Shown: piece by piece, positions 12,186 through 24,819 of the stretch | Position numbering within the stretch: the first letter of the stretch is position 1 | Layout of the letters: each line of letters begins with the position of its first letter | From: Octopus bimaculoides | Lineage: Eukaryota | Length of the DNA: 64,000 nucleotides | Assembly: GCF_001194135.2 (NCBI RefSeq) | Contig: NC_068984.1 | Coordinates: forward strand, 52,792,252-52,856,251 | Reading direction: 5' to 3' | The notes under the pieces: generated by a model | Told to the model about the DNA's origin: nothing | Seen by the model: only the letters and a program-made list of their open reading frames with translations | Database searches by the model: none | Made by a program: the position numbers and the translations under genes

Positions 12186-13942
12186 GTGAGTATTTGTGCC
12201 ATAGAACCCGGACATAATTGATACCATTTTATTCCTTACTTTAAAAGAAATGAGGGATATTCAATTTTGGGGGTTTTTTTTTTTTTTAATATAAAATATT
12301 TAATTAAATTTGCTAGGGTGGAGGTGAATATTCTACCTTTCTTATTCTTAATAATGCTTCCTAAAAATAGGAGATAAATGGTAATAAGAATTTAGACTTT
12401 TCTCAGCTTGCTCTTTATAAAATATTTAAAAGGGTATGTTTTTAAAATCTTACCAATTCCTATGAATTGGAGAAAAGATTTAAATATGCTACAAGTCAGA
12501 CAGCTGATTACTTGCATAGAATTTGGCCTTAACTAGATTTTATTAGATTTATTGTAAATTTCATGAATATTTGTTATATTTTATAGCTGGAAGTTGTATT
12601 GTTAATCGAAGAGAATTTTTGAATTGTAGTAAGAAAAGAGAAAAAATATGCATGAGTTGTGATAAATATTTCAGTTGATGTTAGGCATGTTTTGTTTTAG
12701 TTGTTGCCTTTTTTGACTTGTGAAGTTAATTTTTATAACATTCATTTTTGCACTAAAACAGTTGCTGACATTTTCTACAATATATTGAAATTTTTGAACA
12801 ATGGTATCCATGCTATTTTAATTTTTATAATAATTTAGAAAATCTTTTAATATAAAATTGTTTCTGTTTTACCTGAAACTTTCATTAGACTTTGTTGGTA
12901 TTTGTCAGCTTCGGTTTATTGCATTAATGACTTAATTGAATTTAGTTTGTTGATGCCTACTAACATCGACAAATGGCCTACTTTCTGGACAAATGTGACA
13001 TGACTACTTACTAAATGGTCAGCATAGATCTTTTGTTTACATACTGGGTATAGGTTATCAGAATATAACAGTTGTGATATTTCCCTAAGAAATTTGTATA
13101 AGATTATGGTAGTATTCTTTAAGCTTCACCTAAGCTACCTACATATCGTATTTATACCAAGATTAAAACTGTGATGATAAATTCAAATAAACTGCATGAA
13201 ACACTTTAGAAATATTATACAAAATTATTAAAGTACCTTATATATCTGTATCAAAGACTTAAAATCACTCTTTTCTCCTTACAATTCTTAGTTGTGTTGA
13301 GAAATTATATTATAACTATTGCACAGCATAACAGTGGGACATCAGTAACATGGAAATTAATTAGAGTTGGAAGATGAGAGGTTGAAAACCTTTTTCTTTT
13401 GTCTGATATAACTATGTCTGTGTATTAAATTAAACTAAACTTCAGTTGAATTTGTTAAATTATGTCTTAATCTTTATTCCTAACTATGTAACATTATTCC
13501 AGGCAGCATTCAGATTAAGAACTTAAATGTCTTAACGAAAGATAATATTGCCCATATCCAATAAGCCACATGCATCAGTGATTTGTTGTATATGAATAAT
13601 TGTTGGAGATAGAAAATTAGTATACATATAAATAATGTAAATATATGCTCTCGAGATAATGATCAGAAGTGTTGTCATCTTAATAACAATAACTCATCTC
13701 AGAAATACAGACACATAAATAACTAGCTACAAATGATAACAATTTAATCATTGCTTAGCAGAAAATACTCTTTGATTAGTTTTAGATGCGTTTTTCATTC
13801 CTTACTAAAATTTTAAGCTAAATCTTAATGGGGTTGCGCTTATAATATCATTAAACTTTTAAAACTGCTGGCTAAATGGTAAGTTGTCATGTAATATGCA
13901 TGAATTGCTTTGTGTGATTCCTGACCCATTGGCATGTTCCAG

Positions 13943-14031
13943 GCGATTTGGAGAAAGAACAGCTGAAGACTAAGAAGCTGCAGGAAGAGATGCAACAGAC
14001 TTATATGGAGATTCATGAACTTATGCAGTAA
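13943..14031 (+). CDS. Tpm: Tropomyosin alternative terminal exon 9, non-muscle/cytoplasmic-type C-terminus ((G)DLEKEQLKTKKLQEEMQQTYMEIHELMQ*)
   Basis: CAG at 13940-13942, phase-compatible with exon 8, TAA at 14029-14031. The LQEEM motif resembles invertebrate cytoplasmic tropomyosin C-termini. Confidence 0.85.
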
Positions 14032-15394
14032 GATGCCCAATGTTAGCCACCCTTTTCTAATGTTGAGGTAGTATATTAGAACTTCTTCAGTTGCCTTCAA
14101 CCAAAGTTGACAGGCTTATCACTAATCTCTTGCCTTTTTCCCCCCTTTCTATTCAGATTGAGTGTGTGTGTGTACGTTGATTTGAGAATTAAGAGGTTTT
14201 ATGCATGTATTATGATTTTCACTAAAAAAAGGATTTGGATTTTCAATATTAGACTCTAGACAGATTTACTGACACTTTTTTAAAGTAAGAGAAAATGTTA
14301 AATGTCTAAATATCTGAGATGAGTTATTGTTAAAATACATTTATAATTTTTCAGACTGTAAAACTTATCTTAGAGATAAAATATTTCTAAATATTTACAT
14401 CTACACCATGTTTCAGTTGATGAGACCTGATTATCATGAAGTACCTTAACCAATTGGATTTGAACTGGGAGCTTTTATTTCTAAACTAACGATAAGTCAT
14501 GCTCTTAGCCACGATTCCAGTGACACGGTGAATAAGAAAGATCATTACTAACTTCATTTAAAACAGTCCAGTTTTGTGTATACAACAAACATTTCAAGGT
14601 CGTTTTTCTCTGTTGAAGCAGAAGTTAACCTTACAGGATCCACAACAGTCTTCTCCATGCTCTACCCTTTCTGCTCTTCTTGATTTCATTTTCTCTTCCA
14701 TCACTCTTCAAATCTAGTCACTTTTATCCTTTCAGCTCATGACCCTGCCATTACTTTAGTCTTCTCTGCTTGTCCATGTTAATTGCCTACATCTCACTTC
14801 TATATATCAGCACCTCTCACATGTGCAACATAATACCTTTCAATTTCTGTGACACTTCCCTCATTAGTACATCACACCTTCCATGCACACCTCTCTTCAG
14901 CCGCAGTTGCCAAGTCTGATCCACTTTCTCTATTCAACATCTATGTAACAAAATGTTTTTCACACCTTTTGTCTTTATGCCATTTGCAAGAATCGACTCA
15001 ATTTCCCTTCCATCTATAGCTCCTTCTTAAATGTACACATCCAAGACACCTACTGACAATCAGAAACCAAATTTATTGAAACATTGTGGTGATGTAAATA
15101 TTAATGATATTTCATCTCAAAAGTTGAGCTAAGCAATCTGAAAAATTATAACTAAACTTTGTTTTTAACTTTTAAATATCAGCATAAAATATATGAGAAA
15201 TATTTTTCATTTTGCTTTCTTTGTCTTTAAGAATTCATTGCAGATTGTTAAGGATCACTAATTAGAATTTTAATGAATTTTCAATGAGTGTGAGTTAAAT
15301 GAAAATATTATTGGACAGAGACATGCTACATTTTGTAAAATGACCTATTTATATTTCATGTTCCCTATAAATTTCTGTATTAGAACTGATTTAA

Positions 15395-15502
<108 letters not shown>

Positions 15503-15645
15503 GTTCACTATTATGACTATGACAGATCAGCTGCTCTTGCGTCAGACTATTAGATAAGTCTTTCTGCAGTCATGTGATGATCAAAAAAAAAAAAGAAATT
15601 ATAATAATAATGAACAGCTGTAACATTTCTGAGCTGCACTTGATG

Positions 15646-15709
15646 AATAAATACCTTCTTGTCCAGAGTGGAACAGACTATCAAAAATTTACTCTTGCAG
15701 ACAAATAAA
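15646..15709 (+). promoter_or_regulatory. Candidate polyadenylation signals (AATAAA at 15646-15651 and 15704-15709) for the muscle-type terminal exon
   Basis: The first AATAAA hexamers 3' of the stop codon. Which site is used cannot be determined from sequence. Confidence 0.4.
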
Positions 15710-18629
15710 TTTAAAAAAATATCATAAAAAATTTAACCTACCAAAAACCTGTATCCAAAGTAAAAAGAGAAAATAACAACACTCCCAGATCATATTTTCT
15801 TCTTTCATCTTCCTCTATACCTAGACCAAAACTTTGTGTGGTTACTTGTTGACACCTTTGTCGATTCATTTTTCGAATCACTATGGGGCAAGCAGAACCA
15901 AGTTTTAGATAATTGACTGCAAGGAAGAAGTATTTAAGGTTGGCTGGATGCATTTATTTCATTCTCATTAGCTTTTGAAATTCAAAGGATTATGGTTCAT
16001 TTGTCCAAATGCCTGTCAAACTTTATAGCTCAAAATTATCTCTTTTTCTATTTGATGAGTTTCCAGCCATCAACACATAGCCAGCAAATAGTATGTAAAC
16101 TTTTTGGAAGGTTCTAAGCATCTTTAAAATTTTATTCTTAAACTTTGCTACTTCTTTGCTGTTCTCTTGAGTGTTTCTAGCAAAAATGCCATCTTAATAT
16201 AGCACTTTTTACTGAGGCCTCTCTTTGATTCTAGGGGGATATGTAATGACATTATTATGACTATGGTTATTCACTCTTTCTTAGCTAATCTTCTCAACTA
16301 TGTCTGACTTCTTTTTGCTGGATCTAGTTGTGTAATGGATCTTGTAATTCTCTAGGCATTATAAAACATTAGCCTAGCTTTGCTGCCACATCCCCCCAGA
16401 ATATATCGCCAGTTTGTTCTAATACTAATAAAATCCATATGCTCTCCAATTTGTGTTGTTTTCACAAATAAACACATATTTCAATAGTGTCTTTTTTTTT
16501 TCCTTTCTCTCTCTCTCTCTCTCTCTTTCACACACACACACACACTCTCTCTGTCTCTCTCTCACTTTCTACTTGTTTTGCTTTTGCTTCATTTTAAAGC
16601 TTATATTAAATGGAATATTGAGTTTTCTCTGAAAATATTTTCTTCTTCCACACTATTTGTAAACTGCAGTCACATCAATAACTTCTGTTTCAAGGAGATT
16701 GCTATTATCTTTTAATTGCAATTGATATTCCATTTATTTCTTTTGAATAATTAAAAAAAGAAAACTAAAGGTACAGTTAGCCCTTAGCAAAGTTTTGTTT
16801 TCTAAAAAGCAGATTTATTGCNNNNNNNNNNNNNNNNNNNNNNNNNNNNNNNNNNNNNNNNNNNNNNNNNNNNNNNNNNNNNNNNNNNNNNNNNNNNNNN
16901 NNNNNNNNNNNNNNNNNNNNNNNNNNNNNNNNNNNNNNNNNNNNNNNNNNNNNNNNNNNNNNNNNNNNNNNNNNNNNNNNNNNNNNNNNNNNNNNNNNNN
17001 NNNNNNNNNNNNNNNNNNNNNNNNNNNNNNNNNNNNNNNNNNNNNNNNNNNNNNNNNNNNNNNNNNNNNNNNNNNNNNNNNNNNNNNNNNNNNNNNNNNN
17101 NNNNNNNNNNNNNNNNNNNNNNNNNNNNNNNNNNNNNNNNNNNNNNNNNNNNNNNNNNNNNNNNNNNNNNNNNNNNNNNNNNNNNNNNNNNNNNNNNNNN
17201 NNNNNNNNNNNNNNNNNNNNNNNNNNNNNNNNNNNNNNNNNNNNNNNNNNNNNNNNNNNNNNNNNNNNNNNNNNNNNNNNNNNNNNNNNNNNNNNNNNNN
17301 NNNNNNNNNNNNNNNNNNNNNNNNNNNNNNNNNNNNNNNNNNNNNNNNNNNNNNNNNTTTTTTTTTTTTTTTTTTTTTTTTTTCTGTAATGAAATCCCTA
17401 ATAAATATTATCAATATCATAAGTGATCCCCTTTATCATTTTAAATTTTGTTCATGCTTATTGTCTACTTTTTATTTATTTTCCTCCTTGACCCATCTAT
17501 TTGAATTGTCCTTCAATATATAGTTTCTTTTTGTATTCACTTATGCTTTCTCTTTGTGGCCTTCAGTGTTGATTTTATTTATTTTTTTTAGAACTTAGTC
17601 TTATTGGTTTGTTTTAGCTTCTCATTTTCTGCAGCCTTTTAAGAAAAAATCTTTATGAAAATACTTTTTTCAAAACTTGCTTATTATTTATTGCATTTAA
17701 AATTTTTTGTTGGGGTTAAAAGCCAAACAGATGATTCATCATTGGCAAGTGCAAAGTTAATTTAGATATTTACTTATATAGCACCCTTTAAGAATCAACA
17801 CCTAGAAAGAAAAAAATTTTTGGTTGCTTGCGATGAACAAGGTAACCTGCCATTTTCATTATTTAATACTTAGACATATTTCTGTAGAGGACATCTCTTG
17901 ATATGAATTTAAAAAGAGCATCAATGTTTTGTAATGGTCTTGCTGTTGAAAAATCGAACTAAATAATTATACAGGCATTCATCTATTTACCATCAGGTGT
18001 GCTTAAATCTTTTCGTCAAGTCTGTTATCTGCAAGCTGTTCATAGTGGCTCTTGGAGCAACCTATTGCTGATTTACTATTATCAATGTTGCTGCTTTACA
18101 ATCATTGATATATCTGCTATAACTCCTCATGAGAGCAACAACTATTTTATTTCTAAAATGTCATTTTTGCTGTAACTGAAGAATATTTCAGATTTGATGC
18201 TCTTCATTTTCATACAGTTTCAGCTCCAGATATATCTAACTTCAGTACGCAATAACGAAAGTCCGTTAGATCAGACATATTCAAATGTAGACAACTTTCA
18301 CGTTCTATGTATTGATTCTTAAAGTATGTATATACACATACCCATATAACCAATTTAGAGTGAACTTAGCTTATATTTTTAATTTGGGTAGATGCAAACT
18401 ATAATTACTCATACAGAATAAAAAAAGAGTATATGTAAGTAAGTTTATATATGCAACTGTGTGTATGGATATATAGTTTTTAGAGCTATATATATATTTT
18501 GTGTATACCTGGAAACAGAATTTTTACCTAAAATGAATTATGTGACATTTGAAGAGATTTATTATGTGTGGTGTATGTTCGTAATTATTTTACATCCACT
18601 TTTCCATACTTGCACATACTGGACCAGTC

Positions 18630-19140
18630 TTTTCTACCATTTGTTAGATGGGTTTTGTTACCATTTATTGTGGTTTAATTTCTTGAGATCACCATTTCCT
18701 ACAGTTAGCTTAGTTTTCTTCTTCTACGTGATCCTTCCATTTGGATCACTTGGCACTTCTTTACCCTATTGTCATCTGCCATATGCATCACATGTCCATA
18801 CTGGTGTAGTCTTCTGTCTTGCATGCTATGTTTGATTACTCTTATACCCAGTTTTTTTCTCAGTTCATTTATGCTCCATTGTTCATGCACACTAACATTA
18901 TACACCCAGCAGAGCATGTTTGCTTAATATCTTTTCTGCCTTTGCACTTCCTCTGCATTCAGTGCCCATGTTTTGCTACCATGCAACATTGCACTTCAGA
19001 CACAAGCATCATGCAATCTGCCCTTCACTCAGAGAATCGCCTTGTTGCTTGCAGAAATAATAGCTCACTGAACTTTTTCTACCCTGTTCTTATTTTGGCT
19101 AATGTACTCTCAGAATACGTTTTGTCCACTGTTAATTAGA
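18630..19140 (-). mobile_element. Old, degenerate RTE-clade LINE fragment (C-terminal ORF region)
   Basis: The translation KLGIRVIKHSMQDRRLHQYGHVMHMADDNRVKKCQVIQMEGSRRRRK aligns with the RRLRWYGHVVRMDEDSCVKKC...EG..GRGRP segment of the younger copies at 30.7 and 45.5 kb. Confidence 0.75.
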
Positions 19141-20451
19141 CCATTTAGGTAACAGAAGCTATCTAATACTTTTAGAGAGCCTTCCTATCATTTGAAAGAA
19201 TTTATTTCATATTGCTCTTGCTGCTAACTACTTCTAAGCATTTACTATATATGAAGTCTTTCTGTGAGCCTATCTGTAATCCTACTTCTTATTTGGTATA
19301 CTGTACAGAGTTCTTACTTACCCTTTTTCTGCATACTGTGCATGGCTACTTCCCTGATGGCAATAGTCTTGTCTTCTTTCCTTTACTTGAAGGCCTCTCG
19401 ATTCCAAGCTTTGCTTTTGTGTTTGGCTGTTACTAAGTGAACTAGGTTGTTGACATACAGGAGATCCTATGAACAAACAGTCTTAAACCCCTCCATTACA
19501 GTCTAAAGAGCTATGATAAACAGGAGCAGGGTTGAGAACCAAGCCTTGGACACCAACCTGCTGACTGAATTCCACAGTAAACTCTTAACTAACTTTCAAA
19601 TCGCTGGTGGCTTGCATGGCTTTTCACACACCATTTGCCTAAATCTGTGGTCAACAGATAACAGAGCATGGAACCCCGTTGAAGCCTTCACCAGGTCAAC
19701 AAGCTAAGTATAGTGGCTTACTCTTAGCTAAGAAATTCACTATGAAGAGGGCACTGTGATAACCTGTCTTGGTGCTGACCCATTCTTTTTTTTTAAGCTA
19801 ATTCTTTTCTTAATTTGCTATGCTATTACTACTTCCGTAATTTGGTGTATCTGATGCTTCTGTAGTTGTTTCTTTTTAGAGCACTTCTTTTATCCTTGTA
19901 GTAGTTGAGATTCATTAATCATTAAGTATCACAAACCCCTGAATTTCTTGACTGGCTACAAACCAAGGCTTTTATGTGACCATTCAACCTTCTAAAATAG
20001 CAGACAAATCCCCCTCAAATTATAGTTAGAAAAGGAAGTTGAATGTGATCCTGGGTTCCCTTCATATAGGAAATCTATGAAATGTTTATGGCTAGAATGA
20101 CTTTGGTTGTAGGTTTGCTTGATCAGGGCTGACCTTGGTCTAAACAACAACCTGTTTGATTATGCAAATAACTAAGTATCCACACTTTTATCAGATAATC
20201 TCAATTCTCTCTATCTCATGTTCCAGTTACATTTTCTGCCTTCATATCTTTAAATGTCCTTTCAAACCATTTTGTCAGCTTTTCACATTAAGCCATTTAA
20301 GTTTAACATATAGAAACAAGTTTTATTACTTCCTTGCAGTAATCAGTTTTGGTAATTCAAACTAAATTTATGAGTTAGAACTAAAGTATTGATGGAGATG
20401 TGAAAAGTGACCATAGCTTTGAGTCTATATTCAAAATTTCTTACGTCTTGT

Positions 20452-20486
<35 letters not shown>

Positions 20487-22834
20487 TTATATCTATTCTA
20501 TAATACAGCTGAAAATTGTGGAATATTATTCATGTAAGGCATGTCTAATAGGTTATGAAGAGGTCAGTGTTTTTAGGCTTGAACTGTTTTTGATTTGTAT
20601 TATAGTTTTAGTTTGTGTTTATGTTATTAAGAGTTTAAAGAAAATGCAAGTTCAGAGAATTGCAAAAAGAATCTAAGGTATAAAGTTGTCTGGCTGATAT
20701 TTTCTGATAGATTAAAATTGTGACATTTTTTCAATGAAATAGACAAAACTACCAGAGATATTCAGCTCTCACGCAGGAACTGTTTGTTAGGTGTGTTTAA
20801 TAGTGAAGTATTCAGAGACACAATCAGACTATCAACTAAAGTGTCATATGTACATATAATTATTCTTGTTTACCAAACTAGAAGCAGTCATTTCAAAGTG
20901 CAAATTGTGGAAGTGAAATAGATATTTGTTTCTTTCACTTAATATTACAGAATTGAGCACTTAACCAACTGAACACTTCTTCAAATGTTACTTGCTAAGA
21001 TGCCAAATATTTTTTTTTTTCAAAGTTACAAAATGGATAGAGCAACAGAAAAATGAACCATGCATCATTAAGTCTGTCGCTGAATGAATTTAATCTAACT
21101 TGTAAAACTGAATTTCTTCAGTAGCAATTATTGAATGTGCTGTCACATTGGTTAATATTGTATCAACCAAGAATTAACTGAATATTTTACAAATTGATGA
21201 TTGAGGAAAGTTATATCTTCAAAGATTTAGAGAATCACTGCAAGTTATTGTCAGTTATACATGTTGATGATTACAGAGGATTTGCACTGGGCCAGTTGAA
21301 GCTAATGGTGAAATGTAAAGCTAATTATTAGATGAAACCATTTGATAGGTGGCCAACTGTCCACTGATCAAACAAGGTTCCAAAAAATTATTCGGTAGAA
21401 ATCTGTTTTATAGAATGCTGCTTTTTCAGTTTTTGTCACATAACTCCTAAGTCAAGCATGATCAAAAGCATTCCGGCCATGACTGTCCCACCCTTTTTTA
21501 AAAAACTATCAGGTTTTGCATTATCCAATGAATCCTATATTTAACAAAGCGTGTATATTTCTAGCAGCCAGATTGACCACATATAGGCTATTTCATTGGT
21601 TCATTTCTGCTCCTGTGCTTTGATCTTTGATCACTGGTGACATTGGAAAATCTGTGAAGAAAACAGTATGTGGAAGCTGGAGATTTTTGCTTGTCATTAA
21701 ATGGTAATTGGAATTCAGCATTTACTGGTAGGGTTGACAAGATTAGACCATGCAAAGCATGGTATTGTATGTGAAAGACAAGAATTTACTCAACTACAAT
21801 TTTAGGACTAGCTATGACTTGAATGTTTTAGAGGAGAGAGTTTAGGGATTAGTTAAGATGAAAGTAAAGAATATATTTTTCAGGAAAAAAGAACTTTGTA
21901 ACTTATTACATTGAAGAGAAGAGATTATTTAAGAGTTTTTTTTTATAGAGTATTTGGCACCTCAAAATGAACGTTCACCACGTGTTGGAGAAATATACTA
22001 GATATTGTCTCCCTACCAGCTATGATCAATGCCCTTTAACTTCATTTTGATATTTTATGATAATATTGAAAATAATGAAGAATTTAGTAAAATAACCTTG
22101 TAATTAAAAAGTTGATGTTAAAAACAAATTAGCATGAAATTTCAGTGAAACAGTTTTGATTTAGTTCACTTTAAAACAAGAGATTGATATCATGTGACTA
22201 GAGATGATGTCAGCAGATGCCATGGAATAGGTAGATAACTTTTAGAGGTTAGCTAAGCCAACAACCTGGTTCCGCTCTTAGTGAATTTGGGTATGGCATG
22301 AAAATAACTTTCTAACATAACTCTATTTAAGAACCTATTGTCATGCCTCAAACACTAGCTTAATATAGCAATTAACATAATTGGATACTTTATTAAATTA
22401 CTTGAAATTCTTCATTGTTTTGAAGGTGACACTATATATATATATATATATATATACACATACACACACAGAAATATCACAAATGGGTTAATGTTGTTAA
22501 CTCTGGTTTAGAAAACATTAATTTGTGAAATATAGGTCACAAACCCTACTGTACTGTTGATTTCTTTTGAGAAGTGAGATCCACTTCTATAGGAAAGATT
22601 ATTTAAGTGAATCAGCTTCAGTTTGTAGTGACTTTTTAAGGCTTAGAGATAAGAGAAGGTAAAACTACAACTCTTTACTTACCAGAGATCTAATTCAATT
22701 AGAGGTTTGATATCAGGATTCCAATAATTTTAGTTCTGTTGGTTGTCTTCATTGTCTAGAAATTGAATGTCTCAAACAACTAGGTTGCAGCTACCATCAA
22801 ATTTAAAAACTCTTCAACATTTAATTGATGCTCA

Positions 22835-23104
22835 CACCATTTTGAACGTGGCCGTTGCCAGTACCGCCTGACTGGCCTTCGTGCCGGTGGCATGTAAAAG
22901 CACCCACTACACTCTCGGAGTGGNNNNNNNNNNTCGTGCCGGTGGCATGTAAAAGCACCCACTACACTCTCGGAGTGGTTGGCATTAGGAAGGGCATCCA
23001 GCTGTAGAAACTCTGGAAAATCAGATTGGAACCTGGTCCACCAGTCCTCAGTCAAATCATCCATCCCATGCTAGCATGGAAAGCGGACGTTAAACGATGA
23101 TGAT
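22835..23104 (+). mobile_element. RTE LINE 3'-end fragment with (GAT)n tail
   Basis: Shares GGAAGGGCATCCAGCTGTAGAAACTCTG and CCATGCTAGCATGGAAAGCGGACGTTAAACGATGATG with the 3' UTR of the 30.2-31.6 kb element. It contains a 10-N gap. Confidence 0.8.
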
Positions 23105-24470
23105 TAGAATTGCAAAGGAAAGAAAACCTTTTAATTTCTTTTCTAATAATATCCATTGTAAACAATCTCAGATTTAAAGATATAAGACTGAATATTTCAT
23201 TAATACATTTATAATTTACATCCACTACTTGTGAACAAATAAGATTGATGCAGTTAAGAGTAACTAACATAAAATTATAACGCTTATGCTATAATTATAT
23301 ATTATTGCATAATAACTAGGTACTACATCATTTATGGTTCTACATAATAACCAGCTACCAAACTAATTATGCATTTGAGATAATTTTGAGGTGCTTAATT
23401 TTCAGTCATTATGTTAGTTTCAATTCTTACATTCCCACTCTGAGAATAATGTTATAATACATCACTAGATTAGAGCTGTGTTTCTTAAACTGTATGACTT
23501 AATGGCTTAATACAGTTCAAATATGAAATACTGACACACTTCTCATGGAAGGTAAAATAGCTACTAATGTTTACCTCATTCTAGTAATCAACTGTGTATT
23601 GAATAATCCATTTTTCAAGATGTCCAATATTGATGTGGATTTTCTGAAATATTAGGTTATATTTTTAAAAATTCTGTGACATGCCATTTGTAAGCCACTG
23701 GTCTGGAGAGACAAACTGATGTATGGTACTTAGCTTGAGACTTCATATTTGTGACATGGAGAATTCATAATTAATAGTCATCTAGGCAAGATCAATATAT
23801 TTATCAATCAACCTACACTAAGTTTTTCAAAAAACTAGTGATTAAATTGCAAAACTTACTAAACTACATTTATATTTGTAATTCATGCTTTTAGTGTTAG
23901 TGCTGACAAAAAGTATTTAAGTATCAACCAAGTTCTTAGTATTAAAATTTATAAACCTGTCTTCCACCACTATAGAATGAACTGGAGAATAAGAATAAAC
24001 TGATAAGGAATAAAACTTGGAAAGAAATTCCAATGAGAAGCTAAAAAATAAGAAAAGCACAAATATGTCATACGTACATTGGTAATGTATTTTGAAGACA
24101 TTGAGTGAGTATAATGAAACCAGACAGTGAATCAGCAATCATAAAGGGTATCAGATGAAACAGGTATTTCTTCCAGTCACAGGATTAACCACCCACAGCT
24201 ATTGCTAGTTGTCAACTTCAACTGAGTGAAATAAAAGTGCCTTACTCAAGAACACAATGGTCCAAGAAGCAAACTTACAAGCCTTGTGATAGTGATACCA
24301 ACATTCTATTAAACCATGTGCCTTTGTCCCTCTATCTGCTGAACAGAAAAGAGAAGTTGAAGGTGTGATGTCCATCACTGTGTTTATGTCACTCCCATTC
24401 TGCTATTAAACACTTCTTTCACACTTAAGAATCGATTACCAAGTTCAAGAAACAGTAGTTTGTATATAGT

Positions 24471-24620
24471 AGGTGCAAGAATGGCTGCATGATAAGAAGT
24501 TTACTTCCCAACCACATGGTGCCAGGTTCAATCCCACTGCTTGAGTAAGTGTCTCCAACTATAAACCCAGACCAGCCAAAGTTTTGAGTGGATTTCGTAG
24601 ACAGAAACTAAAAGAAGCCC
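24471..24620 (+). mobile_element. Degenerate tRNA-derived (CORE-type) SINE head
   Basis: Colinear with 62154-62310, with A-box-like TGGCTGCATGA, B-box-like GGTTCAATCCC and ...GAAACTAAAAGAAGCCC. Confidence 0.7.
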
Positions 24621-24819
24621 ATTGAAATGTGTGTATTAACTTGTCTAGATATCCTATGATGCATTATCTCACAAGCAAGGCTGTTCATTTCCAGTCTTCT
24701 AAGAAATGTGGAAATATTACCTTGCTTGCAAATGGAGGAGAGTTGGTGACAGGCAGGGCATCCAGCCATGGCAAATCTGCCTCAACAAATTCCATTTAAC
24801 CTATGGATAAATGGGAGTT

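Larger units (their letters stand above)
195..14207 (+). promoter_or_regulatory. Clustered (U)GCAUG Rbfox/Fox-1-type splicing motifs around the alternative tropomyosin exons
   Basis: TGCATG at 195, 380, 1005, 1557, 2740, 2776, 6624, 6663, 12049, 12649, 13193, 13897 and 14202. GCATG at 5837, 5851, 6302, 12069 and 13932. Most lie within ~140 nt of a splice site. Confidence 0.5.

Noticed and set aside
22880-22980. Exact ~45-bp direct duplication either side of a 10-N gap
   Set aside because: Typical unmerged contig overlap, so an assembly artefact rather than a tandem duplication.
24320-24370. CAG-AAAAGAGAAGTTGAAG-GTGTGA, a possible 16-nt micro-exon
   Set aside because: It lies ~9 kb past the terminal tropomyosin exon among repeats, with no gene context or homology.
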